DNA from: Podarcis melisellensis
Taxonomy: Eukaryota
Strand: one strand, 5' to 3'
DNA: 64,000 nucleotides
Assembly (NCBI GenBank): GCA_964234715.1
Contig: OZ174284.1
Shown here: positions 24,801 through 37,645 of the stretch, piece after piece
Layout: every line of letters begins with the position of its first letter
How positions within the stretch are numbered: the first letter of the stretch is position 1
The notes under the pieces: model-generated
What the model was told of the DNA's origin: nothing
The model's input: only the letters and a program-made list of their open reading frames with translations
Databases searched by the model: none
Translations under genes and position numbers: made by a program

Positions 24801-27800
24801 AATTTCCTGCAATGCGCCCCATGGCAGACCTACCACCACCTTCTGGATGCAGTCTCAGTGGGGCAGGTGTAGCATGCCTTGTCAAAGGAACCCAAAATTC
24901 CAATCCCCAGGGGGTTGGACTAGATGACCCTTGGTGTACCTTCCAATCCTACAATTTCTGTACTCCCACACACTGGCTATGTTACTTACACAGTTACTTA
25001 AAGAAAACTGTTGAATTGCAGCTAGTGCAAGTCCTATAAGCTGGGGTCATATTACTTTTTATATTCTATGCAGTCAAGAGCAAAAGTCTGTGATAAATAA
25101 ATGTTGAATTGTAGCAATACAAGTGAGACTGAAATTTGCATCCATTGCAACTTTTCAGCACTTGTCAGTTCTAACATTCTCACTCAATTTTGGGAGCTGA
25201 AAAAAATTCTGCAAAGTCATGGAATAAGATGGGCTGAAGTCATGGCACAGAAATCTCCCTGTCTTCCCCTACTCCACCTCAGACATCCAGCCAAAAACAG
25301 AACATCGCATTTTAAACACTTGTTGGTACAAAAAATGTTTCATCTCACTTGCTTTACATTGCTCAAATAATTTTATCTAAAATAGAAGAAAGCACCAGTA
25401 AATGGTAGACCGTTACTTTCAGAGTTCCTGAGGCTTATTTCTTCTCATAGGTGTCATAATCTGAAAGCCACAATTAAAAGTCATTTCACCACATTCTTCC
25501 TATTCCCCCCACACCGTTTTTGTTACACATAGCACTAAACTAAAGAAAAGCCTCTTAGCATTTGCAGAGCTGAGAATTTAGTACAATTATGTGGGGAAAT
25601 GATATAACCAGAGCTAGGGTTCCCAAGCGACAGCCCTTTCTCCTAACTGCAACATGCAACGCCACCTCATCCCCCAAAGGAAGAAATGGGGGAAGGAACT
25701 GCATGTGCTCAAAGTCTCCCAAATAAATTCATGGGCAAATATAGAGAGTGTGCTGTGCAAAGAAAGCTGATCTCTCCATCACTTCTGCTGACCTCAGAAT
25801 GGACACAAACCTTCTGTCAAGGGGCTAAACAAGGGGGGATTAAATCCCTGAGCCACTACTGACTATATGATTAACCTCTGTAGAAAATTAAAGTGCCTAT
25901 GGAGAAGACCTTTTCCTCTGCAGCTGAGAGAGACAAAAATTGGGATTTGGATTAAAATTGGCAAGGCTGGTGATAAGCTGCCACCCACATGCAACTGTTC
26001 CTGGCTAGAACTGAAAACAGTTTCTCCAATCTCATATGGAATCCCTCACCCTGATTCACATTGGGTATTATTTTTTCTCCATATTAGGGATGGAGAGAAT
26101 CGTATTTCTCTGCACTGAACAGGAAGGCAAGCAGTAACTTGTCCAACTCAGCTGCCTCTGTTCTACTAAACAATATATACATGTGCTCTATGCTAGCGCT
26201 TAGAATTAGTGCTGTCCTGTTACTCTGGGTTTCAGTCACAACAGAATCTGTTATTCCCAATCTGACTCACCCACCATCCATCACAGCACACTGGATTAGT
26301 CCTTTTTGCCCTGGTAAATGCTTCTTTGTCACCATTACTCTTCAGGAGCTGTGATGGCCACCATTTTGAAAAAGTCTGGGAATCTCTGGAATCGGAATCC
26401 CTATATCTTGAAAAAGAGTTTCAGATGACAAACAGTTGTAACCAGCCTTTCATATGCCATGGGGAGTACATTTCAGCAGGCTACTTCTTGGAGAGAGTTT
26501 AGATAACAGTGGAAGAAGGGGATGCCTCCAGACTGACACTATTCTGGACTGGGATTTAAACGCATACTGGGAAGTTATGGCTTGTGCTATTAAAGTGATT
26601 AAGCCGTTCTGTTGCCCTAGTGTAAGAAATCCACTTTTAAAAAGAGTGCACTGAAATGTAGAATGAACAAATTATTAATAGGAAGATGTATAAACACTGC
26701 GTAAAGAAATGATGATGAATGCAGGATGAAGGCTCATTGTCACACAGTGTTCTCAAGAACAAATAAGAATAAAAGGTCAATAAAGACAGGTTATAATCTA
26801 ATTTCCATGCAAGCTTTGTACAAGCAAATCAAGATGAAAACTCAATAAACAAGTAACCTGGAGGAGCCCAGAGTGAAACAAGAAGACTTCAAATGGACAC
26901 TGATTTTCAACTTAAGTCTGGAAGACTCTCAAGACTCCACATTGCAACTGATCTGACTTATTTTTCTGATCTTAGATACCTCCAATATTTCCTCATCACT
27001 GCTCTGGTTGGGTTTCAAGGAGGGAATGACAAGTCTTGAATGGCAAGATTTTGTAAATCAGTAGTAAGGCACTATGGGAAGGATTAGTGCCATTTCTGTA
27101 GTCTTTTTGGCACCAACTGAAGTCTTTCCTCTTTCAACAAACCTTTTAGGTGGAAATCTTTCCTGGTCTCCATCTACATTGGAATTGCTTTTAGGTATTT
27201 TTAGACATTTGACCTGTTTTATCACATTAGTGTTTCTCACCATGGGCTCCTCTGGGAAGAAGGGTAGGATATAAATTAAATTTTAAAATAAACAATAGAG
27301 AGAGGGAAGCAGACACAAAAAACACCAGCTGCCCTCTCTTGCCCCAGGTGGTCTGTTTATAGTTTGCTTGGTTTTGAGTGTATTGCTTTTAATGTATTAA
27401 TTGCAATTCATTAAAATTTTGAGCCATTCTGAGGACTTCACTAAAACAGGATCAATAATCCACCCAGTCAGTTACTCAGTTATTCAATAATCCATATGAT
27501 GACCATGGAATTGCAATTGCTTAGGGGAGTTAAATATTGGAGGTGTCAGGCTGAACACTCAAATCAGAGGCCCTAAAAATGAATTGCCATGTAAATCTTA
27601 AATCATTTGTATTCTACTTTCTACTTCTTTAAACCTGACCCTTAATGCCAAAGGGTTATAGAGTGGCATTAACCAAGAGTTAATACGCAACCAGATGTTC
27701 CACAACTGAGAGCTGGTGCTAAAAAAGTCTCAGAGTGAGCGCTGGCTCAAATTATGGCATGAACTTAGATGTAATTTTTAGAAGACTGTAGAAATGCTTG

Positions 27801-28339
27801 ATATGGTGAGGATTGTCATTTCTAATTAAATGCCTTAGCGCAATGGTTTACTGAGCTAATGATGATGTTCATGCTTAACATGAGCATATGGACTGTTAAT
27901 TCAAAGGTAGAACGGATCAGAAACTTCCTTCCTTCAAGCATTCCCCTGGGAGCAGAACTGGGAATGCAACTCACAACAAACAGTTTCTCTGGCAGATTCT
28001 GCATCTTCATTCATTTGGAAGAACATCTGGGAATGACTTATAGCTTTATTGAAAGCATCACAAGAGATTTTTCCATGGATTCTGGCTAGTTCATAGGTAG
28101 GTTTTGCCATCACACTCACCAACAGTGTTGTCACCTGCATGGCACTGCCAGTGCCAGCACAATGCTCCTAGGGGGGCCCAATTGATGGTGGGAAAGGGGA
28201 GGGGAGGAATGGTGGACTCTTCCAGGACATGTGGACTCTTGATGCTGCTCAAGTATACTGGGTGCTTAACACTGGGCCTGATCTCATCACTGGCTTGTTG
28301 CTTGAGTATTGCCAACAGCACTGATATAGTGCATTAAAG

Positions 28340-28510
28340 TGCTTCAGCTATATTTTCTCAGCAGTCTTTACAATAACCCTGTAAGGTAAACCAGTACTGT
28401 TATCCACATATTACAAATAAGGGCTGAGAAAATGATGCCTCACTTAAGGCCACCTAGAGAGTTTGAGGCTGAGGTGAGTTTTGAACTAGGGACTTCCTGG
28501 CTTGGAGCTC
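28340..28510 (-). mobile_element. MIR/Ther1-like CORE-SINE fragment
   Basis: CTTTACAATAACCCTGTAAGGTA...TATCCACATATTACAAAT...CTTAAGGCCACC...TTTGAACTAGGGACTTCCTG resembles the reverse of the CORE domain. Similar remnants lie at about 2270-2420, 5335-5520 and 19960-20085. Confidence 0.55.
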
Positions 28511-29599
28511 ATATTAAGTGGCCCCTTTCCAAAAATAGGAAGGTAACATTTATTTATTTTTAAAGTCTAGTCTCCTTTCCAATGCCTCAGTCTTGGGACA
28601 CTTAACAATTTAATGAGCATTAATACACTTTGTTTAAGGATAATTTTTAAAGAGTAGCCTGGTTTTATAAGAATGCTTATTAGTTATAAATTGCCTCAAG
28701 CCTGAAGGACAGGAAAGGAAGCTAGACATTAAAGCTTATCAGTTTTTATTTAAATACCTATTAGCTTTAAATTGTAAACTGCCCAAAGCTTGAGGGACAA
28801 GTGAGGAGGCTGGACATTAATAAACCTCAAATAGTCCCCCCAAATAGCTCATATTAAACAATACTAGTGGGTACTACATCATGTTGCTTTGCCTATTCAT
28901 GAGGTATTACACCTCTCATTGGAACAGGTTAGGGTAAGACCACATGAATGGAATGGCCTTGCCCAGAAACAAGGTAATCAAAGTATTTCAGTGATGCTTT
29001 TCAAAATACAAGCCAAGCAGCAACTTCACAGAGCCCAGTATTATGGAAAACAAATTCTGCATTAGCACTAGAACTGTCACGGTGACTGCTACGCTTTCCC
29101 AGCAAGCAACTGATGCAACTAAGTCAGGCCTGCAGAACTTATGATCCACCATGCTAAATGGAACCCACCATTCATGTACCCTTTAATGCGAGATGATATA
29201 CTTGGGGTTGCTGCACCCCAGCCCCCCAAATCTGGAAAGCCTAACTTGCACATTATGCAAACTGCTAGCTAATTATGCAAATCTAGCACATTCACTTAGC
29301 ATTTTCCTGGCAAATGCCGCAAAAACTGGGGAAGTTGGCTCATGCCACGAAAGAGTGGTCTTTCTCATTTGTTCTGCCTCCATTTCCTTTCTGAGTCTGA
29401 GAGCCCAACAAATTCTGCTGGGGACAGACATGGCAGACTTCTGTGTCCTACTGTCCCCTGCTTCTGCTGCTTCAACAGTACATGCACCTGCTCCTCAGTC
29501 ACGCAAAAGGAGAAAATGTGACCATTTTAGCTTATTCACTGCCCTCCTAAATTATGACCCTTCTGCAGTTATGCCCCCAAAACAAAGCCATCTCTCTTT

Positions 29600-29912
29600 A
29601 GGAGCCATCCAGACTTCCTTTTGTGCCACATTTCTAGGCATAGGTCCACTTTTTAAAGCTCTGTGTCAGAGCGTGTGTTTTTTTTCGGGGGGGGGGAGCA
29701 CTTTCCCTGTAAAATCCCACTCTTTACTGCTAAATCAGAACAGCAATCCACAGATAACCTGAATTGCCATTTGTTCTGATTCAGCGTTAAATGGCAAGTT
29801 TTCCTGGGGAAAGCAATGGTTCGGGGGGGGGGGAGTGCTCAGATATGAAGCTTTAAAGAACAAACCTGTACCTAGAAAGTGTGGGGCAAAAACTAAGTGT
29901 GGATGAGCCCTG
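29600..29912. mobile_element. Fold-back MITE (PIF/Harbinger-like)
   Basis: Termini GGAGCCATCCAGACTT / AAGTGTGGATGAGCC with internal inverted arms (TTTCTAGG..TTTAAAGCT / AGCTTTAAA..CCTAGAAA; AATCAGAACA / TGTTCTGATT). Confidence 0.6.
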
Positions 29913-31110
29913 TGTTTGTAAAGCATAGCCTTGGTCAGGAGGAAATGTGATGGCTTCATAATTAGCAGAGTAAAAAGTCGGTTGTAATTGCATACACATG
30001 TAGTAGTACGGAGTAACAGATTTCAGTCAGCCTTCAAAATAATTACAAACCAGATACTTTGACAACCACAACAGCAACAACAAAACATCAAACATTTAAA
30101 ACTTCCCTAAACAGTAGTTTCCCCTTGCTGGCTGCAAGGCAGAAGAGAACATTATTCTTATATTGGACAGAATGCTATCTGCACATTTCCTCCTCTTTGG
30201 AATGAGAAGGATATGTTATATTTAAAAAAATTAAAGAGAGGGCTCTAGACAAGCTGATGTCCTAAACTAGCACCAGGTAGCACACATAGAATCTAGATCA
30301 TGATCCAATAATCGAATACCAATGCTTAGACACAGTTAATACTGTTGGGCAGTGGCCAATGGCCTGAGCCCTCAGGACGGCTGTTTACCTAGCCACTGAC
30401 TAAAAATGCTGTCTATAGCCACTTGAACTCAACACTCCTCTGAGTGGCTTCATTTTAATTTCCCCACAATGTCTCTGAAGCCCTGACATAACATTGCTCC
30501 AGAGTTGAGGTGGATAAAGCCTGGTTCTTTGTCAGGGTCCATTTTGCCATTTGTCATTCTATTTCATCATGTTTCCACCTCAATCTGTAATTATTTAAAA
30601 CCTCATTAAAATGTCTATTGTTTCTAATGTCTATTTTTTCACAAGATACATTTTTGTGTGCATTTTACCCTAAAATATTCCTTTTTACATCAAAAGATTT
30701 ATTTTTAATACATTTATTGGTATGTTTTTGAACCGAGAATTCTATTGCAAAATTCAGAGAAGTTTGAAAATGTCTGTATATGCATGGGAGGAAGAAAGGG
30801 AAAGAGAAGGAGAAAAAGAGAGAAAGAATATGACTGGGATATAATCTCCTTAAAGCATCCTCTATCACTTGCCAAACTCTTCAGCAGAATTCTTAAAAGG
30901 CTACAGCAACTGAGAAAGACTTCACTGATGTGTGTGAATAAGCTCTCAAGCACTCTTTGATATTGGCATATGCTCCAGTCCTTATGAGCTACATTTCTCT
31001 AGTCTAACAGACATACACTCGGCACACTTGACAAATTCCGTTTACTGCTGTAATTTTGGAGGCTAATATAATGCCACTTTGAACACAGAGCTCCTGGTTA
31101 TCTGGCTATC

Positions 31111-31655
31111 TTTTGTTGTTTCTGTTGGCACCCGTTAGTCTCAAGAGACAATGGAGTATGTCACTGGAAGTGAAGTCAAATTGCTGTGTTAGCAACAGCT
31201 AAGTGACCTCCCTGAGGTGCAAGCCTGGGCAGTGTGTGTGATGGCCCTGGACCCACCTCTCGGCCTCGCTGATGTGGTCCAAAGGCAATCAGAGCAATAC
31301 GTTTGGCACCAGCTAGGCTGCAGGAGATGCCAGAAGTTGTACAAGGTGCCATCCAACTGTCTTAGGGACTCCACTCTGGATTTGTGTAGGGTTTACTCCT
31401 CATCCTTTTCTTCTCCTAAAGATATCCCACAAGACAGAAGCCACCTTTTTGACAGTTGGACCCACTATTGGTCTTGTCCACTCAAACTGCTGGAAGCTGT
31501 CTTTGCATGCAGGGGGAGTCCCTAACTCACCAAGGGTTTGAGACCCATCAGCTACCCTCACCTGGTTTAGCCAGCCAGTCGAAGCGATTTCCCGAGGTGT
31601 GGCTGCTGTTGCACACTGACAGCTTCTAGGAGCTACAGGTGAGAGATGAGTGCAA
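31111..31655 (-). mobile_element. Interspersed retroelement-derived repeat (RTE-like, (CAA)n-type tail), copy 1
   Basis: Colinear with 44405-45055. It begins with a (TTG)n tract, the reverse of a CAA tail. The family assignment is tentative. Confidence 0.6.
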
Positions 31656-31709
31656 GAGTGGCTTTGTTTCATGCCTGTTTTATCTATGAGGCATTATTCA
31701 TTTTGTGTT

Positions 31710-31759
31710 ACACACACACACACACACACACACGTGTGTGTGTGTGTGTGTGTGTGTGT
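31710..31759. repeat. (AC)12(GT)13 self-complementary microsatellite
   Basis: Read directly; the centre of symmetry lies between 31733 and 31734. Confidence 0.95.
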
Positions 31760-33239
31760 ATCAAACTGATTTGCACTTCCAGCTTGTGTGTAAATCCCTG
31801 AAGGTTTATAGGCTCACTGGATCAGACAATGGGAGAGATTTACCTAATGGAGATATTGCAAGGGTACAAAAGGTTAAAAACTGTAAAATATTTTCAATAT
31901 GTTTATTTTTAATAATTGAAAATGGAACACTAACACAGAGAACAAAGTTTACTTGCAAAACCAGAGGCAGTAGAGGTCAATAATGTAACTGAGAATGATT
32001 GATGACTCTAGGAATTCATGAAGGACACAAATGTGAACAGTTATTAGCTAGGGTGCCTACAGCAGCCAACCAAACATTTTGAATATCTCTAATATCTAAA
32101 ATTGTTGAGACTGAGAGGACGGGAGTGGAGTTGACTTTTTAATACACTTGGCAGCCAAAATTCAAATATGCTGTGCTAAGACAAACCACAGGTCAAAGTG
32201 ATCTGACCATTTTTATATTCAGGAAAGAGGAATCCAGAGAGAGTCCAGAGACTAGATATGATGAAGCACAGAAACTAGAATAAGTGAAGATTATGATATC
32301 AGTGTTGACAAATATAGACATTACATTATACTGATAGAAATATGTGGAGGAAAGTTTGTGTATGTGTTATAAACGCATATGTTTGCAAACAGGCATGGAT
32401 TATATAGAGAGCCTGCTGACATGCACACATTGAAAGCACATTTTGTAAAGAATAATACAATTAAGATAATGAAAAACCTATCTCAATTGCTAACATGAAT
32501 CTTCATGAGGGTTTAAAATGCATATTATGACAGCAGATCTATTCATTTAAACCCAGGGCTCCACCCCACTCCACTACTGGGCTCCACACACACCTATGCC
32601 CACACAGATAAATCTAAGCCGAGTTCATTTATTCAGAAATAAATCCCATTTCTTTTAAGGGAGGGTACTTCTACATAAGATGTTTATGATTTCAGTCTTA
32701 TGCTGTACATAACTTTTCCCAGATTGATACCCTGTGTCTGTTCAGGGACATGTGACTACACACTTAAATGTCACTGCACAGTAATACTTAACTACATGCT
32801 CAACCATTTGAGATAGCAAAACAGGTTAGGGCTTTAAAGCCACAATCCCACGTTTTGGAGTGTGTAATTCATGCTGCCAGGGGCATCTATTTGCATGTTT
32901 ATTTGTGGGATTATTATTTTTTAAAAAAAGACTGCTGTTATTTTCTGTGATGTTTATAATTATTTTGCTCTCCCTTTTTGCTTATATTTTATACATCACC
33001 TTGAGACATATATGTGGAAGGTGATTAATAAATAACAGCAGCAGCAGCAGCAGCATTAGCTTTGATTTATCAGAACATAATATCTAATCTAGACATTCAA
33101 ATCCCAATGAGGGTCAGATGTACTTTACCACATGCTCTGCGTGGTTTAATCTAAAAACCCACACCAGCGAACACAGGAACATGGGAAGCTGCCTTATAGT
33201 GATTCAGAGCATTGGTCCATCTAACTCAATACTATATAC

Positions 33240-33466
33240 CAGGCACATCCAACAGGTAGATTGTGATCTACCGGTAGATCACCGGACGTCTGTGGTAGAT
33301 CACGCTCCTCCCAAAGAATCTCAACAACCTTGGCTCCCCTAAAAAAAGCTCAACAATGTTGACCTGAACCACCCAAAACAGGGCTTTCCTTCCTAAAAAA
33401 AGAAGGTCAACAACTTTGACCTGAATCCCCCAAAATGGGGGTGATCTTGGGAGTTGGCCACCCCTG
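33240..33466. mobile_element. hAT MITE nested in a Squam3-like SINE (host ~33170-33550, minus strand)
   Basis: Perfect 8-bp TSD CTATATAC (33232-33239, 33467-33474); termini CAGGCACATCCAAC / GTTGGCCACCCCTG; SINE sequence lies on both sides. Confidence 0.8.
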
Positions 33467-34842
33467 CTATATACACTAAGACTTGGAAACACCAAGGATT
33501 GAACATGGGACCTTCAGCTTGCAAAGGAGATGCTCTACCACTGAACCACAGGAGGAGAATTATGAAGAGTAGCAGTCCTTTTCAAACCCAAGACCCATCT
33601 TTAACTGAAACTTAAAACATGGGACCTAATTCTCTAATCATACATATTCATCTTCCTGTGCTTGCTTCTCATTTGCCAGGTATCAGGAAAGTATAGAAAA
33701 GGAAACCTTGGTAAATGCAATATGCATTGTAAATGCGACCAAGTTGTACCTGCTACAATCCTCTTTTATGCATTGCCCCCCACTTTTCCTTACAAAAATC
33801 CCATACAGAAAAAAGAAAATGGCGGTTATGATTCTGCTGTGACCCACCCGAGATCAAGTTGCTCATGCCACATTTGTAGGTCCCTCCTGACCCACAAACC
33901 GAAGAGCAGTGGTACAGAAGATGCTTTAGGGTGAGGACTAGAATTGCTACCTCTCATTTTTTTTCTAACAATGGATCTGTTCCTTTTAACTCATAGGGAG
34001 TGAACATGGTACCCTCCCATTAGCCCTGACCATTGACCATGCTGGCTGGGGCTAATGAGACTTTAAATGCAACGTCATCTGGAGGGTATCATGTCAGCTA
34101 TCCCAACTTGCCTTCAGTTTGTGAGCAGGAATTCAACAGACACAGTTTCCCTCACTGATCTAGAAAAAGGGTGTGCTTGTTGAATTTCTCTCTCTCGTGC
34201 TATTGTTAAGAGCACAAAGACTCTAGGTTTCTGGAAAGAAACAACTAAAATAATTAAAGGTATTTTTCTTCCAATAGATACATTTTGATGAGGCGTCTGA
34301 ATGATGTTGGTAAAACAAGAATATTAAATAGATATTTAACTCCCAAACCAAAGCACAATTACTTCTCAGACTAATAAAAAACAATAATATTGGTTATATT
34401 TTGCCTGATTTTACCCTTCTGAGAGCTACAATTCCAAGGACCTTAGCAACTACAGTTCCCAGGATTCTTTGGTGAAAATCATGTACTTTAAAAGTGCTTT
34501 AAATATATGGTGAGGATATGATCTATTAACTCTACATGCAGACTTTTTCAAAGTAGTATAATAATAGTAATCATGAGTGATAGATGAAATTGATGATGGA
34601 TGTAAGAGTCTATTAATTAAAATAAGGGAATATTATCATTCCCAAATGATTGCTAATTATGTATAATGCGTTCCAGAAAATGTTTCTGTTGTAGTTAATC
34701 TTGATGTTGAAATAGATCTTAACATATTTTTTTTAAAGGAAGCCTCTTTCAGGAAAAAGTTTCTTAAAAGGGGATGGTACTCAAATTGGTCAAATCCTCT
34801 AATCTAGAAGCACACACAGGGATGCCCACACATATGGAAAGA

Positions 34843-34872
34843 GGGAGGGAGGGAGGGAGGGAGGGAGGGGGG
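34843..34872 (+). repeat. (GGGA)n tract with G-quadruplex potential
   Basis: Seven GGG runs separated by single A residues. Confidence 0.85.
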
Positions 34873-35599
34873 AAAAGAGAAAGAATGTGATGACTTTTGT
34901 GATGATTCAAAGGTATAGGAAATGCACTTTGCACATGCTCAGAAGCAACTTCTTTGCTGTTATTTCTTCATAGATTTCCATCTAAGTCATGGCATTGAAC
35001 ACAGATTTCAGGGTTCAGTGGCTGGGGGGGCAGCTAAAGCTCTCCACGTGGCTTGATTTGAGCCAAGATTCATCAGACGTTAGCTCTGGAACCCGTATTT
35101 AATGCAAGTACACAGCCTTGGGGCATATGAAGTAAGAACAGTATCTCAGTAAACATGCAAAATGCCTTTTCTTCAATTCCTGCACATCACCTTTTTTTTG
35201 TTTTTGCACTTGACTGATAAATATTAGCTGTGTGAACTGACATTCCAAAGAAAAACATTGTGTTCAAGGTGTTGTGTGGGTAATAGGAAGGATGCAAACG
35301 AGATGTGTGATCTGTGACAGCCCATTCACACAGACAAGCCATCACGATGCTGCGAGAAATGTGGATATGTGCAAACCACCCCTAAGTAAGAACAACAGGC
35401 AATTTACATAGGAGTCAGGGAAAGAGTTTTGTGGCTAAAGACTGGCATGGCTCCCAGTCAAGCTCAAGTGCTTCTTTTTTCTTTCTTTTTTAAAGAAATA
35501 TGTTTTCTGCCCTCACGTCCTCAGCACAATCAGGTAGCAGCATTGTTAAGTTGTCCTTTTGAAAGGTGTACGTCCCTTTGGTTGTACTTGAGCCCAGCC

Positions 35600-35971
35600 G
35601 TACAGGTGGATTGTTGATAACATCAGAGCAGCAGCTGTAGAGCAAAACCAGGCTGAGCGATGGGGGTGGGAATGAGAGAGGCAAAGAGAGTGGCAGGCAG
35701 TTCCTAATACCTCAGGGAGGGAAGGACAGGATCATTCCACAACAGGATTTGAAACTGATCAACTCTCCAGCCCAGCCATCCAGCGCAGCCTGCTAAGTCT
35801 CTGTGGCTGTCAGCTTAACTCTGCTGCTGGTTCCTGTGGGGTAGGGGAGTTAAATAGGACACAGACTCGGAGAGGAGCAAACCTCTTTGCTGGGAGTCAA
35901 GGAGGCAGAGAAAGAGAGGAAAGAAGGTGGAATTTGGCCAGAGCCCAGGCTGATAAGCAGAGCATCTCCAG
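35600..35971 (+). promoter_or_regulatory. Candidate proximal promoter / non-coding exon of LRTM2
   Basis: GA/GC-rich leader-like sequence ending in a perfect consensus donor CAG|gtaagt (35972), about 3 kb upstream of the ATG exon. In-frame TGA TAA just before the donor indicates it is non-coding. Confidence 0.5.
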
Positions 35972-37241
35972 GTAAGTGCTCCTGCTGTGTCTTGGCAAAA
36001 AGGGGGAGAGGGAAGGAATATATCTAGAGGATGCTCCAGCGGCTGGTTAAAAGCACTGGGGTGGGAGCCCTGAGCTCTGGCAGGCGCAAAGGGCTTTGAG
36101 GCTTTCCCTTTTGCAAGGAAGTGCAAGGAGAGATTCCAACTCTCTCTCTCTTTTTGGGAATGTGGTTTGTGTGTGTGTTTTGTGGGGGGGGGGGAGGCAG
36201 ATATTTTGTAAACGCTCTTAATATCTTTCACCTCGGCATCCTCGTGTCAGATTATCTCTCTCAACAGCTTTCACGAATCACACCAAATCCTCTCGCCCTC
36301 TGTACTGTGTGATTTTAAGAGCCTTTGGGAGGATTTGATTGCCCATCAAAATAAATGAATGAGGGGAGGGAGGAGGAAAGGAAAATGATGGACACGGACT
36401 GAGCTTCGGGCATATTATACAAATCTAAAAATAAAGCCAAAAGGGAGACATAACATTTTCCAAGAGCAGGCGGGGAGGAACTGGGAAAAGAGGGAGGAGG
36501 GAGGAGAAGCCGGATTTTAGTGGGCATTCTCGCCCTTTCTGAGCCAATAGTGGGTGGGCTGCAAAGCTTCCCCCTGAATAAATCTGAAAAAGCAGCAGGA
36601 GGAGCGGTAAATGACGCTTCCCAGAAACAGTGACCCCTCCTGCCCCTGCCTTTCTTTGGTAGCTAAAGGGCAGGGGGAGAACCTGTTGTCATGGTGGCTC
36701 ATTATAATCACCAGGGGATAAAACTGATTATCTTGGGGGTTTCTAATTAGGATGCTCACCTCCTCTGACATACAGACACTTCCTTTAGATTAAAATGTAA
36801 TTCCTGCAACCCCCATACCTCTGCTTTCATTTGTTTGCTCTTCAGCTGCTGCAAAATTAAATCTGTATAAACCACCAGCACTCTCCCCTCAAAATTGGAG
36901 ATGGGAACTCCTGTTGCAGGCATCTCCCCCGCTTTGTCACCCAGAAGGGATGAGGGGGAAGGGAAGCTTAGCGGCACAAAAGAGCTCCAAGCATGTCCCT
37001 AGGGGCATGACTGTATGCATTTTATGTACTTATTTTCTCCCAATGGGTTCTGAAGCCCTGATTTCAGTGCAGCACCACAGCTGACTACACAGAAATTGGT
37101 AGGCTAGGCGATACATTTGCGGTTCACCAGGTCTAGTCTTCCAACTTCTTCCTAATGCTGGGGACATGTGAAGTAGCCTTGGATTGAATAAAGTAATCCT
37201 AGCACTGGTTCACACAAGCCTGTGCATGTGCATCTCTTGAT

Positions 37242-37330
37242 CATAGCTGTCAACTTTCCCCTTTTCTTGAGAGGAATCCTATTCGGAATAAGGGAATTCC
37301 CCTTAAAAAATGAAAATGTTGACAGCTATG
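37242..37330. mobile_element. 89-bp MITE with perfect 13-bp TIRs
   Basis: CATAGCTGTCAAC ... GTTGACAGCTATG. The TSD is not clearly preserved. Confidence 0.75.
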
Positions 37331-37519
37331 CTCATACACCTGAAAATCAGAAGACTATCTGAACTAATTAACAGCATTGTATATGAAGTGGCATGAAAGG
37401 TCTGTGACGTTAAACCTTCAACAGCCCAAGTCACACATGCATGTCATCACTTGATGCTGTGGTCATCAGATGGTGAGCATAGGAAATGTATACCACCAGA
37501 CCGCTCTCTATCTATCTCA

Positions 37520-37645
37520 TTGTCATCTACACTTACTGGCCACAAGGTTCCAGAGAGGAGTCTTTCACAGTCCTACCTGGAAATGCCAGGGTTTGAACCT
37601 GGAACCTTTTACATGCAAAGCATATGCTCTACCACTGAACTGCAC
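37520..37645 (-). mobile_element. Squam3-like SINE
   Basis: CCTACCTGGAAATGCCAGGGTTTGAACCTGGAACCTTTTACATGCAAAGCATATGCTCTACCACTGAACTG, the reverse of a tRNA-like head. Confidence 0.7.

Noticed and set aside
29193-29762. 189-aa ORF, the longest outside LRTM2
   Set aside because: No recognisable domain, atypical composition, and it runs into a MITE.
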